Positions 1-9,118 of a stretch of 64,000 nt of DNA are shown here, piece by piece. Source of the stretch: Candidatus Omnitrophota bacterium (GTDB lineage Bacteria > Omnitrophota > Gorgyraeia > Gygaellales > UBA12090); NCBI GenBank assembly GCA_023247895.1, contig JAHFFP010000001.1, positions 1,029-65,028 on the forward strand, given 5' to 3'. Below the pieces are notes generated by a model. The model was not told where the DNA came from. It ran no database searches and saw only the letters and a program-made list of their open reading frames with translations. The translations under genes and the position numbers were made by a program. Position 1 is the stretch's first letter. Each line of letters opens with the position of its first letter.

Positions 1-180
1 CGAACCCTGCCTCGCCGGCAGGCGGGCCTACAACCCCTTGAGATACCGCTACTCATAAAAATCCATCGCAAGCGCAGTATGGGCTGGCTTATCGCCCTAG
101 GCGAACCCATCTTCAACAAACTTACAAAAACTGTCAAAATATCGCACGAATTAAAACCATTCTTTGACTACGTTATTTAA
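1..180 (+). repeat. Copy 1 (5'-truncated by window edge) of tandem repeated element encoding C-terminus of a small conserved protein (…RTLPRRQAGLQPLEIPLLIKIHRKRSMGWLIALGEPIFNKLTKT…FFDYVI*)
   Basis: Near-identical to 2850-3038 and 1419-1606. Open frame ends in ...DYVI-stop in all three copies. Differences between copies are mostly synonymous third-position changes. Confidence 0.6.
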
Positions 181-366
181 CTGAAAAAGCCTATTTCTTG
201 ATCAACGCTATAATCAATCCTATCACGCCCGAAGCGATAAAAAATATCCCGCCCAATCTAACTAAGGCCGCTTTATTACCCAGCTTCTCTTTTTTGTTTA
301 TTGACAGATATATCAAATAAATGCCCATACCCAAATAGAAAATTTTGTCAAAAAAAGCCCCTACAC

Positions 367-759
367 TCATGATACCCCCTTTTTAAATTGTTCTTTAATT
401 GACGGATTAAGAAAGAAAATAATAGCGCTTATTCCTATAATGAAACGCATTATGAATGCGATTAATACTGCTAAGCCAAGCCCTTGTTTTGAAAGGCTTG
501 CGATAGATGAAAGCGATGAAGAAAAAGTTAAGATACCCGCTAGAACAAGAAGCCCCATCAAGATTAAAAGAGTAATTCTTGCTACATTTTTCAGGCTCAA
601 TATTCCAATCCCGATTAAAACAAATAAAATTGGCAAGCCGACATAATCGACTCTCCAAATATTTCTTGCCGCATTAATTAATCCGTGACCAACCCCTAGT
701 GTTATTAATAAATATCCCCAAAAGGAAACGCCTCGAGATCTTATGTTTTCCATAAACAC
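367..759 (-). CDS. hypothetical integral membrane protein (4 predicted TM helices)
   Basis: 130-aa ORF, strongly hydrophobic segments; no recognisable motif. Confidence 0.5.
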   Translation of the reverse strand: MFMENIRSRGVSFWGYLLITLGVGHGLINAARNIWRVDYVGLPILFVLIGIGILSLKNVARITLLILMGLLVLAGILTFSSSLSSIASLSKQGLGLAVLIAFIMRFIIGISAIIFFLNPSIKEQFKKGVS

Positions 760-768
760 CCCTTTCGA

Positions 769-1371
769 TCATGGACTTACATGAATACCAATGGCAAAAA
801 GTATTAAAGTCAGCGAAACCTTGCCAACAAAAACCGTCTTATAATCCATTCTTTTTATAAACAGATTTTCCAACCAAGGACACCAAACTATTGCCAGAGA
901 AATAATAAGTGCAATATTAAACACCGTGTCTTTATGGATTAAGACTAAAATGGTTCCCCCTGCAAAAATCCAGAAAAACATCCACTTAAAAACAGAACCC
1001 ATTACCACCACGGAACGAACAACACCTTGGATGTCCAAATCCGGGAAAAATATATTTTTAATGATTGCTGTTATCTTCAGATTACTGATGTTCTCTGAAT
1101 AACTTTGCTCTATGGTTGATAGCCCTTTATTACCATTAATTCTCCCAATCCCTTCTGTTACTATCCAATAAATTAGAAAAATTCCGCCGATGGCCCCAAT
1201 CAATAAAGGAATGATATCCCCGACTTTTTCGCCGCTTTGAATAAGAACATAGGCAACAACAGACACCCCAATCACAACAAAAAATGCTAGAAATATCTTA
1301 AATGATTTGGAAAGTTTGAGTTCTGGCGGATTCTCCATTAGCACAACCTCCTCCCTAGGGTTCGCGTCCAC
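769..1371 (-). CDS. hypothetical integral membrane protein
   Basis: 200-aa ORF with multiple hydrophobic helices; 9-nt gap to downstream ORF (operon-like). Confidence 0.5.
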   Translation of the reverse strand: MDANPREEVVLMENPPELKLSKSFKIFLAFFVVIGVSVVAYVLIQSGEKVGDIIPLLIGAIGGIFLIYWIVTEGIGRINGNKGLSTIEQSYSENISNLKITAIIKNIFFPDLDIQGVVRSVVVMGSVFKWMFFWIFAGGTILVLIHKDTVFNIALIISLAIVWCPWLENLFIKRMDYKTVFVGKVSLTLILFAIGIHVSP

Positions 1372-1606
1372 AATTAGTGTGGCCGATTTTCCTTACCCTC
1401 CTCAACGGAGGGTTCACTTAAAAATCTGGCGGGTAGTCGTGGACGGTAGGCGAACCCTACAACCCCTTGAAATAGAGCTACTTATAAAAATTCATCGAAA
1501 ACGTAGCATGGGTTGGCTTATCGCTCTGGACGAACCCATCTTCAATAAACTTACGAAAACTAATAAACCAGCAGACTCAACACCTTACTATGACTATGTT
1601 ATTTGA
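1358..1606 (+). repeat. Copy 2 of tandem small-ORF element (inverted-repeat arms 'ggttcgcgtccac'/'gtcgtggacggtaggcgaacc' + conserved coding block lacking the 21-nt in-frame 'LPRRQAS' insertion)
   Basis: Sequence alignment to copies 1 and 3. Frame open from 1307 (ATG, overlaps the convergent gene). A GTG near 1393 is an alternative start. Ends ...PYYDYVI-stop. Confidence 0.55.
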
Positions 1607-1673
1607 AATCCGGCATTCTGTGAATTACACAGAGTTCTTACGTGAGGCTGTAAATAAAAAGCCAAGAAACCAT

Positions 1674-2582
1674 TCAGCCTCCCCATAAATGCAACTCCTT
1701 TAAGCGCTTAGCAAATAGATTAACTATTTGTATTGAACCCTCAAAATTATTCTCATTCAATAAATCAGCGTTCTTAGAATACTCAAAAGCAATACTAACC
1801 TTCTCTACTCCCCCCCCCCTTTTTCTTTTAGCAATGAAATTATGAGGGATATCATAACGCGTGATATTTTTTCCATAAACCTCTTTTGCGGCCATTTCTA
1901 CTTCTTTCGTAACTACCATGTCCGAATTTCTTTCAACACATGCCATGACGTTGATGCATATGAGATTTTCTAAACGGTTCTGAAAACCAAGAAAACTTTT
2001 CTGTAAATTTGTGTCAAAAAGATCGTGGTTAGTTGCTACCTGGTAAAAAATTGAAAACTGCTTATCAAAATCAGGATTTCCCGATGCTATTTCTTTTATT
2101 ATTAAGGGAAAGGTGACCTTCCTTGCTTCTTGAATCGGACGATTTTGATTCAGATTCATCATAAATATGACTTCTTCTTTCAAATTCATAGGAATCACTA
2201 CTTGACTGCTGGGCAAGTAATGGTCACCTCTGTCATACTCTTCTAAAGTTAATTTTACTTTATAATCTAGGCCATTCTCACAAAAGGTAAAAAGTTGGTT
2301 TTCGGAAATAATCGTATCCGGCTTTTTGCTCTTATGCCTGTTTAAATAATCTTCAGATTCGCTATCTGATACAGACTCATTCCTTGAAGGTAAAATTAAT
2401 ATGTAGCTAAACTCGATTTTCTCTGGCTCCGGAGTTACATTTCTCTTTTTAGCTTGTTCATTAATAAATTTATTCAAGATTTCTTTGTCTTTGTTTTTCT
2501 TAATATCCTTTTGCTGACCTTTCTTTCCAAACAAAAAGAAAACCAGCAGTATGAAACCTAAAAGTAAGAATATTAAATTCAT
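1674..2582 (-). CDS. hypothetical protein with N-terminal TM anchor
   Basis: 302-aa ORF, N-terminal hydrophobic helix then Lys-rich linker; no known motif recognised. Confidence 0.5.
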   Translation of the reverse strand: MNLIFLLLGFILLVFFLFGKKGQQKDIKKNKDKEILNKFINEQAKKRNVTPEPEKIEFSYILILPSRNESVSDSESEDYLNRHKSKKPDTIISENQLFTFCENGLDYKVKLTLEEYDRGDHYLPSSQVVIPMNLKEEVIFMMNLNQNRPIQEARKVTFPLIIKEIASGNPDFDKQFSIFYQVATNHDLFDTNLQKSFLGFQNRLENLICINVMACVERNSDMVVTKEVEMAAKEVYGKNITRYDIPHNFIAKRKRGGGVEKVSIAFEYSKNADLLNENNFEGSIQIVNLFAKRLKELHLWGG

Positions 2583-2666
2583 AACTCTACCCCCGTTGCT
2601 CCTTCACCCTAAAACTACGAATTAAATTCACAATTTCACTATGCCCATTTTTAATTGTCGCCCAAT

Positions 2667-3038
2667 GGTTCGCGTCCACGACAACACAAGCCTAAAACGC
2701 CACCTGTTTTCGACGGACGGTTCACTATAGTACTTTTAGAGCAATAGAACAATAGAGCATTAGACCGCAATGGAGCCTTTGCTTGACTATTGTTCTATTA
2801 TCTATTGCTCCATTGCTCTGTTTTTTTGCGAAGCAAAAAACGGATAGTCGTGGACGGTAGGCGAACCCTGCCTCGCCGGCAGGCGAGCCTACAACCTCTT
2901 GAAATACCGCTACTTATAAAAGTTCATCGCAAGCGCAGTATGGGCTGGCTTATCGCCCTAGGCGAACCCATTTTCAACAAACTTACAAAAACTGATAAAC
3001 CAAAGGCCGTAGTTCCCTACTATGACTACGTTATTTAA
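2667..3038 (+). repeat. Copy 3 of tandem small-ORF element: 16-bp inverted repeat ('ggttcgcgtccacgac' ... 'gtcgtggacggtaggcgaacc') enclosing a ~170-nt hairpin-rich insert, followed by conserved coding block
   Basis: Direct sequence comparison; internal complementary segments (agagcaatagaacaatag / ctattgttctatt..., ttttttgcgaagcaaaaaa). Confidence 0.6.
2790..3038 (+). CDS. small conserved protein of the repeated family (82 aa; C-terminal 60 aa shared with copies 1 and 2)
   Basis: ORF track, ATG at 2790. Compared with copy 2, 11 synonymous third-position changes versus ~4 non-synonymous. A 21-nt indel is in frame. Confidence 0.5.
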   Translation: MFYYLLLHCSVFLRSKKRIVVDGRRTLPRRQASLQPLEIPLLIKVHRKRSMGWLIALGEPIFNKLTKTDKPKAVVPYYDYVI

Positions 3039-3051
3039 CACGTGCTCAAAA

Positions 3052-4143
3052 TTATTCTTCCAATATAACCACAGGACTGTTACCAAAAGTTATTAAACCG
3101 ATGCGACGAGTATTTAAATCGAACAGAACAATCTGATTTCCAACTTGGCAGATAACCTGATCTTCTGGCAATACAGTCGCTTTACTAATTGGCCACATTA
3201 AGAAAGGAGTTTCAAGGGCAATATGTAAAGATTTGCCGGTTTTTTTATTTTCTCCGTTTAATCCTACTATAGCCCAACTTCCAGTATTCACGCTCCAATC
3301 ACGCACATTAGGAGACCTAAAGTCAATTACCTCATCGTTATGCCACCTATCACTTTCACCACAATCTTCACTAACTGCAGTTGCTCCTAAGAGATTTCCC
3401 AGCAAAATAATTGGCTTAGACCAACGACCATTTTCGGCCCAATAAGCGCCTAAATTCGCCTTCCCGTCTTTACTACAAGCAAAAAGCACCTCATACTTAT
3501 TAGTAAGCCTCGCCTCTTTGACCTTTTGTTTAGCAGTGCCGTTGACTCGAATTTTATATAATGCTCTATCTTCCGAAGATATGAAATAAACCCAAGCATT
3601 CCTAGTTTTTAAGAAAGAGAGCGATTTATCGACCTTGACATTAGTCATTAGGCTTGTACCGCTAACTAAAAAATAGATTGGAATCAAAATAGCATATGAC
3701 GCCGAATTGATCACCGCACTTGCCTTAAATGCGCGATTATGGCGATCTTCCTTGCCTTTTAGAATCCAGAAACAAAACGGCCACTCAATAAAAATTGTCG
3801 CTATGTAGGATCCTGCCAGCATCGCAAGGATAATCGCGAAAACATTATTGATTGAGGCAACATTATTGAGCGCGCCCCCCAATGACCATATTCCTACAAC
3901 ACCAGCAACCATTGATATGTAATTAGCCAGCACCATAATAAGAATACTTTTTACTGTTCGAGCACCAAATAGCTTTGCAACTATCAAACCTTCGAATATA
4001 CCAATAATCGCATTGCCTATAAGTAAATGGCCAGCACCTAACAACATCAAGGGGGTTCCTACATCTGCATATGCTGATTTTGGCATAAGAATGAAGAAAG
4101 AAAAAATAATTAACCAAAAATGCTTAAAATATTTTTTACACAT
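3052..4143 (-). CDS. hypothetical membrane protein (N-terminal polytopic domain + C-terminal soluble domain)
   Basis: 363-aa ORF, several TM helices in first 170 aa. Confidence 0.5.
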   Translation of the reverse strand: MCKKYFKHFWLIIFSFFILMPKSAYADVGTPLMLLGAGHLLIGNAIIGIFEGLIVAKLFGARTVKSILIMVLANYISMVAGVVGIWSLGGALNNVASINNVFAIILAMLAGSYIATIFIEWPFCFWILKGKEDRHNRAFKASAVINSASYAILIPIYFLVSGTSLMTNVKVDKSLSFLKTRNAWVYFISSEDRALYKIRVNGTAKQKVKEARLTNKYEVLFACSKDGKANLGAYWAENGRWSKPIILLGNLLGATAVSEDCGESDRWHNDEVIDFRSPNVRDWSVNTGSWAIVGLNGENKKTGKSLHIALETPFLMWPISKATVLPEDQVICQVGNQIVLFDLNTRRIGLITFGNSPVVILEE

Positions 4144-4271
4144 AAACCATCTCCTCTAAAAAAGTTCAAATCCCCTTCTGCTCAAGCCTAAAATTGCATA
4201 GGCTTTCGTCGGAAGAGTTCAACAATTCATCAATCCTGAAAGCATTTTGCTGATATCTTCAAGCGTTCTCT

Positions 4272-4562
4272 TCAGTAGTTCACTCTTCGTTGTATCGACC
4301 AGCCCTCTACGGGAACAAATCTCAAGTATCGAGACACACTCAAACGCTGAATACGAGAAATTCTAAAGAAATTTATTCTACCTGCCTTGGTATATCTGCC
4401 ATTGCCTTCAGCAATATTCGCCGATATTGATAATGACGCCCTATTCAGTTGATCCGCCAGAAAATAATTACCTTTAGGAAAATCCTTGGTTATCTCGCAG
4501 ATGTTATCTGCAAAATCCACGGATTTTCTATATACATCTAATTTTTCGAACAGGAATGACAT
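4272..4562 (-). CDS. four-helix-bundle protein (23S rRNA intervening-sequence protein family); C-terminus possibly degraded
   Basis: Motif L.VY+.....I...T+.FPK.E.Y.L..QL.RA..SI.ANIAEG.GR.....F characteristic of the family. The longer ORF 4272-4727 reads into a tRNA gene, so the start is placed at M56. Confidence 0.55.
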   Translation of the reverse strand: MSFLFEKLDVYRKSVDFADNICEITKDFPKGNYFLADQLNRASLSISANIAEGNGRYTKAGRINFFRISRIQRLSVSRYLRFVPVEGWSIQRRVNY

Positions 4563-4678
4563 AATTTTTGAAAATCGATAATCGAAATTTGACCGAATCG
4601 AAAACCTATTCTTATCTACTTTCGAATCTCGATTTTCGATTCTCTGCCATTTTTGCCTCAATTTAACGTAGGCAAAAA

Positions 4679-4768
4679 TGGCGGAGAGGCAGGGATTCGA
4701 ACCCTGGGTAGCCTTACGACTACACATGCTCTCCAGGCATGCCGATTAAACCACTCTCGCACCTCTCC
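4679..4768 (-). tRNA. tRNA-Ser (anticodon GGA), CCA encoded
   Basis: Manual fold: GGAGAGG acceptor, long variable arm, T-loop GGTTCGAATCC, anticodon loop CT-GGA-GA. Confidence 0.8.
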
Positions 4769-4864
4769 AGATATCTATTATTGCGGAGTTTCATTATACA
4801 GCCATATAAACAGATCGTCAACAATTGTTGCTATTCTCTTTATTTTAGGTTACAATATGCCGCT

Positions 4865-5848
4865 ATGTTAAAAATAGATACCTTAAAATTATCTTCCAAT
4901 CTGATCCTTTCTCCTATGGCGGGAATTACTGACCTGCCCTTTCGTACGCTCAACCACACATTCGGCTGTGAGCTTGCCTTTGTGGAGATGATTAATGCCC
5001 GCTCACTTGGCCACAAGAGCAAGAAGACGCAACACATGCTTTCTACTAACCTTAAGGATAAGCCCTTAGGATTGCAATTGTTAGGCTGTGAGCCGAAGTT
5101 TATTCAAAGGGCTATGGATATCTTGCAAGAATATGAATTTGACGTCTTAGATTTTAATGCCGCCTGCCCCGCAAAGAAGGTCACCCGCCGCGGCGAAGGC
5201 GCAAGCCTGCTTAAAGAGCCCAAAAAACTCAATCAACTCCTTAAACTCATAATCAAGAATTCCAAGGTGCCGGTAACGGCAAAGATACGCGCAGGCTGGG
5301 ATAAAGACTCGCTCAACGCCAAAGAAGCCGCGCTCTATGCCCAGGACGCAGGGATAAAGGCGCTATTTATTCACGGCAGGTCTAAGACTCAAGGCTACAG
5401 CGGCTCGGTAGATTATAAAATAATCAAATCGGTAAAAGACGCCCTTACCATACCGGTAATTGCAAGCGGGGATATTCTCTCGGCGCAACTGGCAAAAAGG
5501 ATGTTTGATGAAACCGGATGCGACGGCATTGCCGTTGCCAGAGGCGCGTTAGGGAATCCCTGGATATTCAGAGAAATTCAGGAATTTATTAAAAACGGCA
5601 AAATCATCCCTCGTCCAAGCCCGCAAGAGATAATGCGCACTATGCTCAAACATTTGGATTTGTGCATTGATTTCTACGGTGAAAAGGTGGGAGTGGTGAT
5701 ATTTCGCAAATTTATCGCCTGGTACACTAAGGGCTTCCGCAAAATCAGGCCTCTTCGGGAAAAGGCATCCCGCGTAAAAACTAAGGAAGAAATTCTCACA
5801 CTCAGCGAAGAATTTTTATCCGTAAACACCAGAGAAAAAGAAAACTAA
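4865..5848 (+). CDS. dusB: tRNA-dihydrouridine synthase
   Basis: LSPMAGITDLPFR, FVEMI, flavin/TIM-barrel Dus motifs; start set at MLKIDTLKL. Confidence 0.85.
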   Translation: MLKIDTLKLSSNLILSPMAGITDLPFRTLNHTFGCELAFVEMINARSLGHKSKKTQHMLSTNLKDKPLGLQLLGCEPKFIQRAMDILQEYEFDVLDFNAACPAKKVTRRGEGASLLKEPKKLNQLLKLIIKNSKVPVTAKIRAGWDKDSLNAKEAALYAQDAGIKALFIHGRSKTQGYSGSVDYKIIKSVKDALTIPVIASGDILSAQLAKRMFDETGCDGIAVARGALGNPWIFREIQEFIKNGKIIPRPSPQEIMRTMLKHLDLCIDFYGEKVGVVIFRKFIAWYTKGFRKIRPLREKASRVKTKEEILTLSEEFLSVNTREKEN

Positions 5849-5972
5849 AAAAACAGAAAAATTTTATGGCGTTACCCTTGCAAGAAACAAGCCATATGTG
5901 GTATACTTTAGTTACTTCCTCGCGTACAAAATTGCTTCGGGCACAAATGGGGTTTTTGAAATAACCAAACCC

Positions 5973-6036
5973 AAGGGGGCGCGAAAGTCCCGAATCAATG
6001 AGAGAGGATGAAGACGTAAATACGCCCCCTTTTTTA
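5973..6036. terminator. GC stem (aagggggcg...cgccccctt) followed by T6; candidate bidirectional terminator between convergent dusB and HD-GYP gene
   Basis: 9-bp GC-rich stem with long loop then tttttt. Confidence 0.4.
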
Positions 6037-6091
6037 TCTTTCCCTCAAGCCTCGTTCCCAAAGAATATTATTCCTCAAAGAAGGCCTCCTA

Positions 6092-7399
6092 CTAATCGGC
6101 CAATTCTATGGAAACCCTCTCAAACTCCTTCTCCTTAAGTAAAAAGACATCAACCACATTTGGATCAAACTGAGTGCCCTTTGCTTCTGCTATAATCTTA
6201 ACGCTTTGGGCATGAGATAACGCATCCTTATAACATCTTTTTGAGCGAAGGGCATCATATACATCGGCCAGGGCCATTATCCTTGCGGACAAAGGGATTT
6301 TATCACCTGCTAAACCGTGGGGATATCCCGCGCCATCCCAGCGTTCATGATGAAATTCGGCTATTTGAATAGCTATCTCTATCAAAGACTGAAAGCCAAT
6401 CTTCTTATTTGCTTCTTTTAGTATTTCCGCTCCATAGACTGAATGCTTCTTAATTTCAGTGAATTCTTCAGGGGTGAGTTTAGCGGGTTTACGCAAAATC
6501 GCGTCAAGGACTCCCACCTTACCCACATCATGCAAAGGAGACGCCTTTACCAAATCAACAATGTATTGCTCTGTTATATAATTACTGTAGCCGGAAGACT
6601 TCTGCAATTCCTTAACAATAAGTTCAACATATTTTGATGTGCGCTCAAGGTGTTTCCCTGTTTCAATATCCCGAATTTCCGCAAGGTAAGCGAGGGCATA
6701 GATTGTGGCATCCAGCGTGCGCTCAACTTTAAGAATAGTGTCTTTTTGTGCCATATGAGCCCTGAAAAAGATAAAGAAAAGCAAGAGGTATATAAGAATA
6801 CCTGCCGCAGCGATGAGGCTCCAAATAATAGCCCTATTCTTCTCAATCTGCCCCAAAAGCTCATGCGCTGCTTCATATAGTTCAACCACCCCTATAACCT
6901 TATCAGCCTGCCTTATCGGGGTATAAATTTCCAAGACTGTGCCGGCAAACCTCTCTGATGAATTTTCCTCCTTCTCAGGCAGCTGAAACAGGCTATTGGT
7001 TTGTCCATGTATCGCAAGCTGGTAATTAGGGTCGTTTTCAAAATTCCTGCCGATTAATTCCCTGTCATTACTCCAAATCACATTTCCATTACTGTCCCAT
7101 ATCTTTACCCGAAAGACCGAACTAAACGACTCTATTCCCGAAGCAAAACCCTCGATATCCTCAAGTCTTCTTGAAGCGCTTTCAGACAGGATAAAAGAAT
7201 AAATTCCCGGGCTGTTCTTTGCCGTAAGCGAGATAATTTTAGGAAAAAAACTGATGTGGGCGTTAATTGCTTGTTCGGTGAGGCTTTGTGTTAAAAACGT
7301 CCCAAGCAAGAGAGACACACCTAAAGTAACCGCGAAAGTAACGACAGTATATTGCAGAATTATGTTGCGTTTTAGCTTTGCATCAATCTTTATGGGCAA
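6092..7399 (-). CDS. membrane-anchored HD-GYP domain c-di-GMP phosphodiesterase with N-terminal sensor region
   Basis: HDVGK, HHERWDGAGYP (HD-GYP signature), two TM helices flanking a periplasmic segment. Confidence 0.8.
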   Translation of the reverse strand: MPIKIDAKLKRNIILQYTVVTFAVTLGVSLLLGTFLTQSLTEQAINAHISFFPKIISLTAKNSPGIYSFILSESASRRLEDIEGFASGIESFSSVFRVKIWDSNGNVIWSNDRELIGRNFENDPNYQLAIHGQTNSLFQLPEKEENSSERFAGTVLEIYTPIRQADKVIGVVELYEAAHELLGQIEKNRAIIWSLIAAAGILIYLLLFFIFFRAHMAQKDTILKVERTLDATIYALAYLAEIRDIETGKHLERTSKYVELIVKELQKSSGYSNYITEQYIVDLVKASPLHDVGKVGVLDAILRKPAKLTPEEFTEIKKHSVYGAEILKEANKKIGFQSLIEIAIQIAEFHHERWDGAGYPHGLAGDKIPLSARIMALADVYDALRSKRCYKDALSHAQSVKIIAEAKGTQFDPNVVDVFLLKEKEFERVSIELAD

Positions 7400-7482
7400 G
7401 GGAGCTATGTCCTTTCTTGTAGGGCGTTCTTTTTCAATCCGAAATAAAGACAGCGCAGAAATACATTATTTCGGCATCCATA

Positions 7483-7541
7483 GATCCTGAGCCACATTGG
7501 TTCAGGATCCGCTTGTGCTTTCATTAATGAAAGCACAAGCG
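7483..7541. promoter_or_regulatory. Two adjacent perfect hairpins/palindromes (gatcctga...tcaggatc; cgcttgtgctttcat-taat-gaaagcacaagcg) immediately upstream of small HTH gene
   Basis: Perfect 8-bp and 14-bp inverted repeats. Position between divergent HD-GYP gene and HTH module suggests an operator or terminator. Confidence 0.4.
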
Positions 7542-7548
7542 GACGCGG

Positions 7549-7758
7549 TTGCAACCAATTCGCGCCGCCTCTGAAATCAAAGCTAAAATTATCATTAACC
7601 TTCTACAACGCATACCATTATATCAAAAATTATCTAAAAAGATAACGGAATTACGCTTACTTGGCATGCCTTGTAAAGACATAGCCAAGAACTTAAACAT
7701 CGCGAAAAGAACAGTTACACGGGCTTGTAAATTTCAGAAGATGACTCAAGGAGGCTAA
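7549..7758 (+). CDS. small HTH protein (sigma-70 region 4/LuxR-like helix-turn-helix), paralog of 9820-10035; TTG start
   Basis: LRLLGMPCKDIAKNLNIAKRTVTRA HTH; 80% nt identity to second copy with synonymous differences. Confidence 0.55.
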   Translation: MQPIRAASEIKAKIIINLLQRIPLYQKLSKKITELRLLGMPCKDIAKNLNIAKRTVTRACKFQKMTQGG

Positions 7759-7760
7759 GA

Positions 7761-7964
7761 ATGAGCTGACCATTTAGTATTCGTAATGCCCTATATTCCA
7801 AAGAAAGATATATTTGGATACAAGTCAGGATTATACACGAAACGGACAAAGCGATATTGATAGACAACGGTAGGAAAACATGGATCCCGAAGTCGCGGAT
7901 ATATGGGATAAGATTAAGGAATAATGTCTTTGAAATTTATATTAAAGAAGGTGTGGCGGGATAA
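7761..7964 (+). pseudogene. paralog of 10032-10235 small protein, interrupted by TGA at codon 3 (TGG->TGA)
   Basis: atgagcTGAccattt versus atgagcTGGccattt in the intact copy; rest of frame conserved (ETDKAIL.DNGRKTWIPKSRI). Confidence 0.5.
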
Positions 7965-8166
7965 TAATACTTAGGAATACTTTAATTAATAGGGCATTAC
8001 CTCTACTCACTTAAAGAATCTTGTTAATTAATACAGGCAATTTCTTACTTCGGGGATATGAGACACAATACTTAATGCTATCGACTGCATTAGTTGCTGC
8101 GCCCCGGGCATTATCACTGTGCTTCCCGATGTTTTTCACTTAGATGGGCACATTTTTGACATATCA

Positions 8167-8400
8167 TTAATTTGACACCTGTATAGAATAAAGACCGGTA
8201 TGAGTATCTTTTCCTGCCGAATCTTCTCTCTTCTTAACGATATAATCGGCCACTTCAGGCAAAATTATATTATTTTTCCAGTCTTCGTATTCTTTAAGAA
8301 TATACCCGCACTTCAAGGTAGCGTAACTTTTCTTTTTAAAATAAGCGGCTGTTTGTTTATATAACCGTTTAACTAAATTATTTCTTTTTAACATATTCAC
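8167..8400 (-). CDS. hypothetical small protein
   Basis: 77-aa ORF. Confidence 0.3.
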   Translation of the reverse strand: MNMLKRNNLVKRLYKQTAAYFKKKSYATLKCGYILKEYEDWKNNIILPEVADYIVKKREDSAGKDTHTGLYSIQVSN

Positions 8401-8427
8401 ATTTTTCTTATTAAAAAACTGTCATAA

Positions 8428-8625
8428 TTACAGCATTTCCACTTCTTCACCGCAATTAGGACACTTGCAAATATTCTTTGTTTTATCAACCCATTCTATT
8501 TTCTGATCTAAATAAATCACAGCGCCGCAATGAGGGCATTCCTCACTATTCATCAGCTCATCGCCGCCATCTAAGAAAAAATCATCAAGTTCGTCGCTTT
8601 TCATCTCCAAGAATAGAACCGTCAC
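8428..8625 (-). CDS. hypothetical zinc-ribbon protein (CPHCG...CPNCG)
   Basis: Two CxxC pairs. Confidence 0.4.
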   Translation of the reverse strand: MTVLFLEMKSDELDDFFLDGGDELMNSEECPHCGAVIYLDQKIEWVDKTKNICKCPNCGEEVEML

Positions 8626-8641
8626 TTATTTCCCCTATTTC

Positions 8642-9118
8642 CTAGAATTTAAAATTCCCCTGCGGGCTGTCTCTCTTCATGATTTCTTTGATAAGATTAA
8701 CGAATTTTGTTGCCGTATCCAAGGCTCCCCCTGCTTCTGTGCATGAAATTGAAATATCAATCTCATAAGTGAAGATATTGCGCTTCCTGCGCATCCTGTC
8801 AAAACGTTCTGCTATGCTCTTATATTCTTCTCCTAGGCATTGCGCCATAAAATCTACCACAGTCTTATGTTGATAGCCATCTGCCGGGCGAAATCCCTTA
8901 AGCAGCATAAAGGCGCGTCCTGCGCGTAACATAGCCAGATACGCTACAGTATAGGCAATTCCTTCATCAATCTTAAGATTTGCCTTTGCTGTTTTTAAAT
9001 CCTTCTCGCTTCTGAAAATTAACTTCTCTACTGTGCCAAAGTCAGATTTCTGTTTCTTAAGCAGGCCTTTTGCTAAATATTCTTCTATAAACTTTTCATA
9101 TCTCATTTTTATCTCCAA
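8642..9118 (-). CDS. HEPN-domain protein (putative toxin of HEPN/MNT pair)
   Basis: All-helical 158-aa protein overlapping the upstream MNT gene by 23 nt; typical HepT/MntA gene arrangement. Confidence 0.55.
   Translation of the reverse strand: MEIKMRYEKFIEEYLAKGLLKKQKSDFGTVEKLIFRSEKDLKTAKANLKIDEGIAYTVAYLAMLRAGRAFMLLKGFRPADGYQHKTVVDFMAQCLGEEYKSIAERFDRMRRKRNIFTYEIDISISCTEAGGALDTATKFVNLIKEIMKRDSPQGNFKF

Noticed and set aside
1358-3038. Retron msr/msd interpretation of the 16-bp inverted-repeat arms
   Set aside because: No adjacent RT, and the 3' arm plus downstream block is clearly protein-coding. Kept only as a structural note.
1-3040. Diversity-generating retroelement (TR/VR) interpretation of the tandem repeats
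   Set aside because: Substitutions between copies are transitions concentrated at codon third positions, not adenine-specific. Repeats are not embedded in the 3' end of a large target gene. The nearest RT is 10 kb away and retron-like rather than DGR-like.
6443-6885. Antisense/nested ORFs within HD-GYP gene (and similar ones inside bamA, dnaB, prs, tkt, por genes)
   Set aside because: Fully contained in, and antisense or out of frame to, well-supported conserved genes. Translations are low-complexity.
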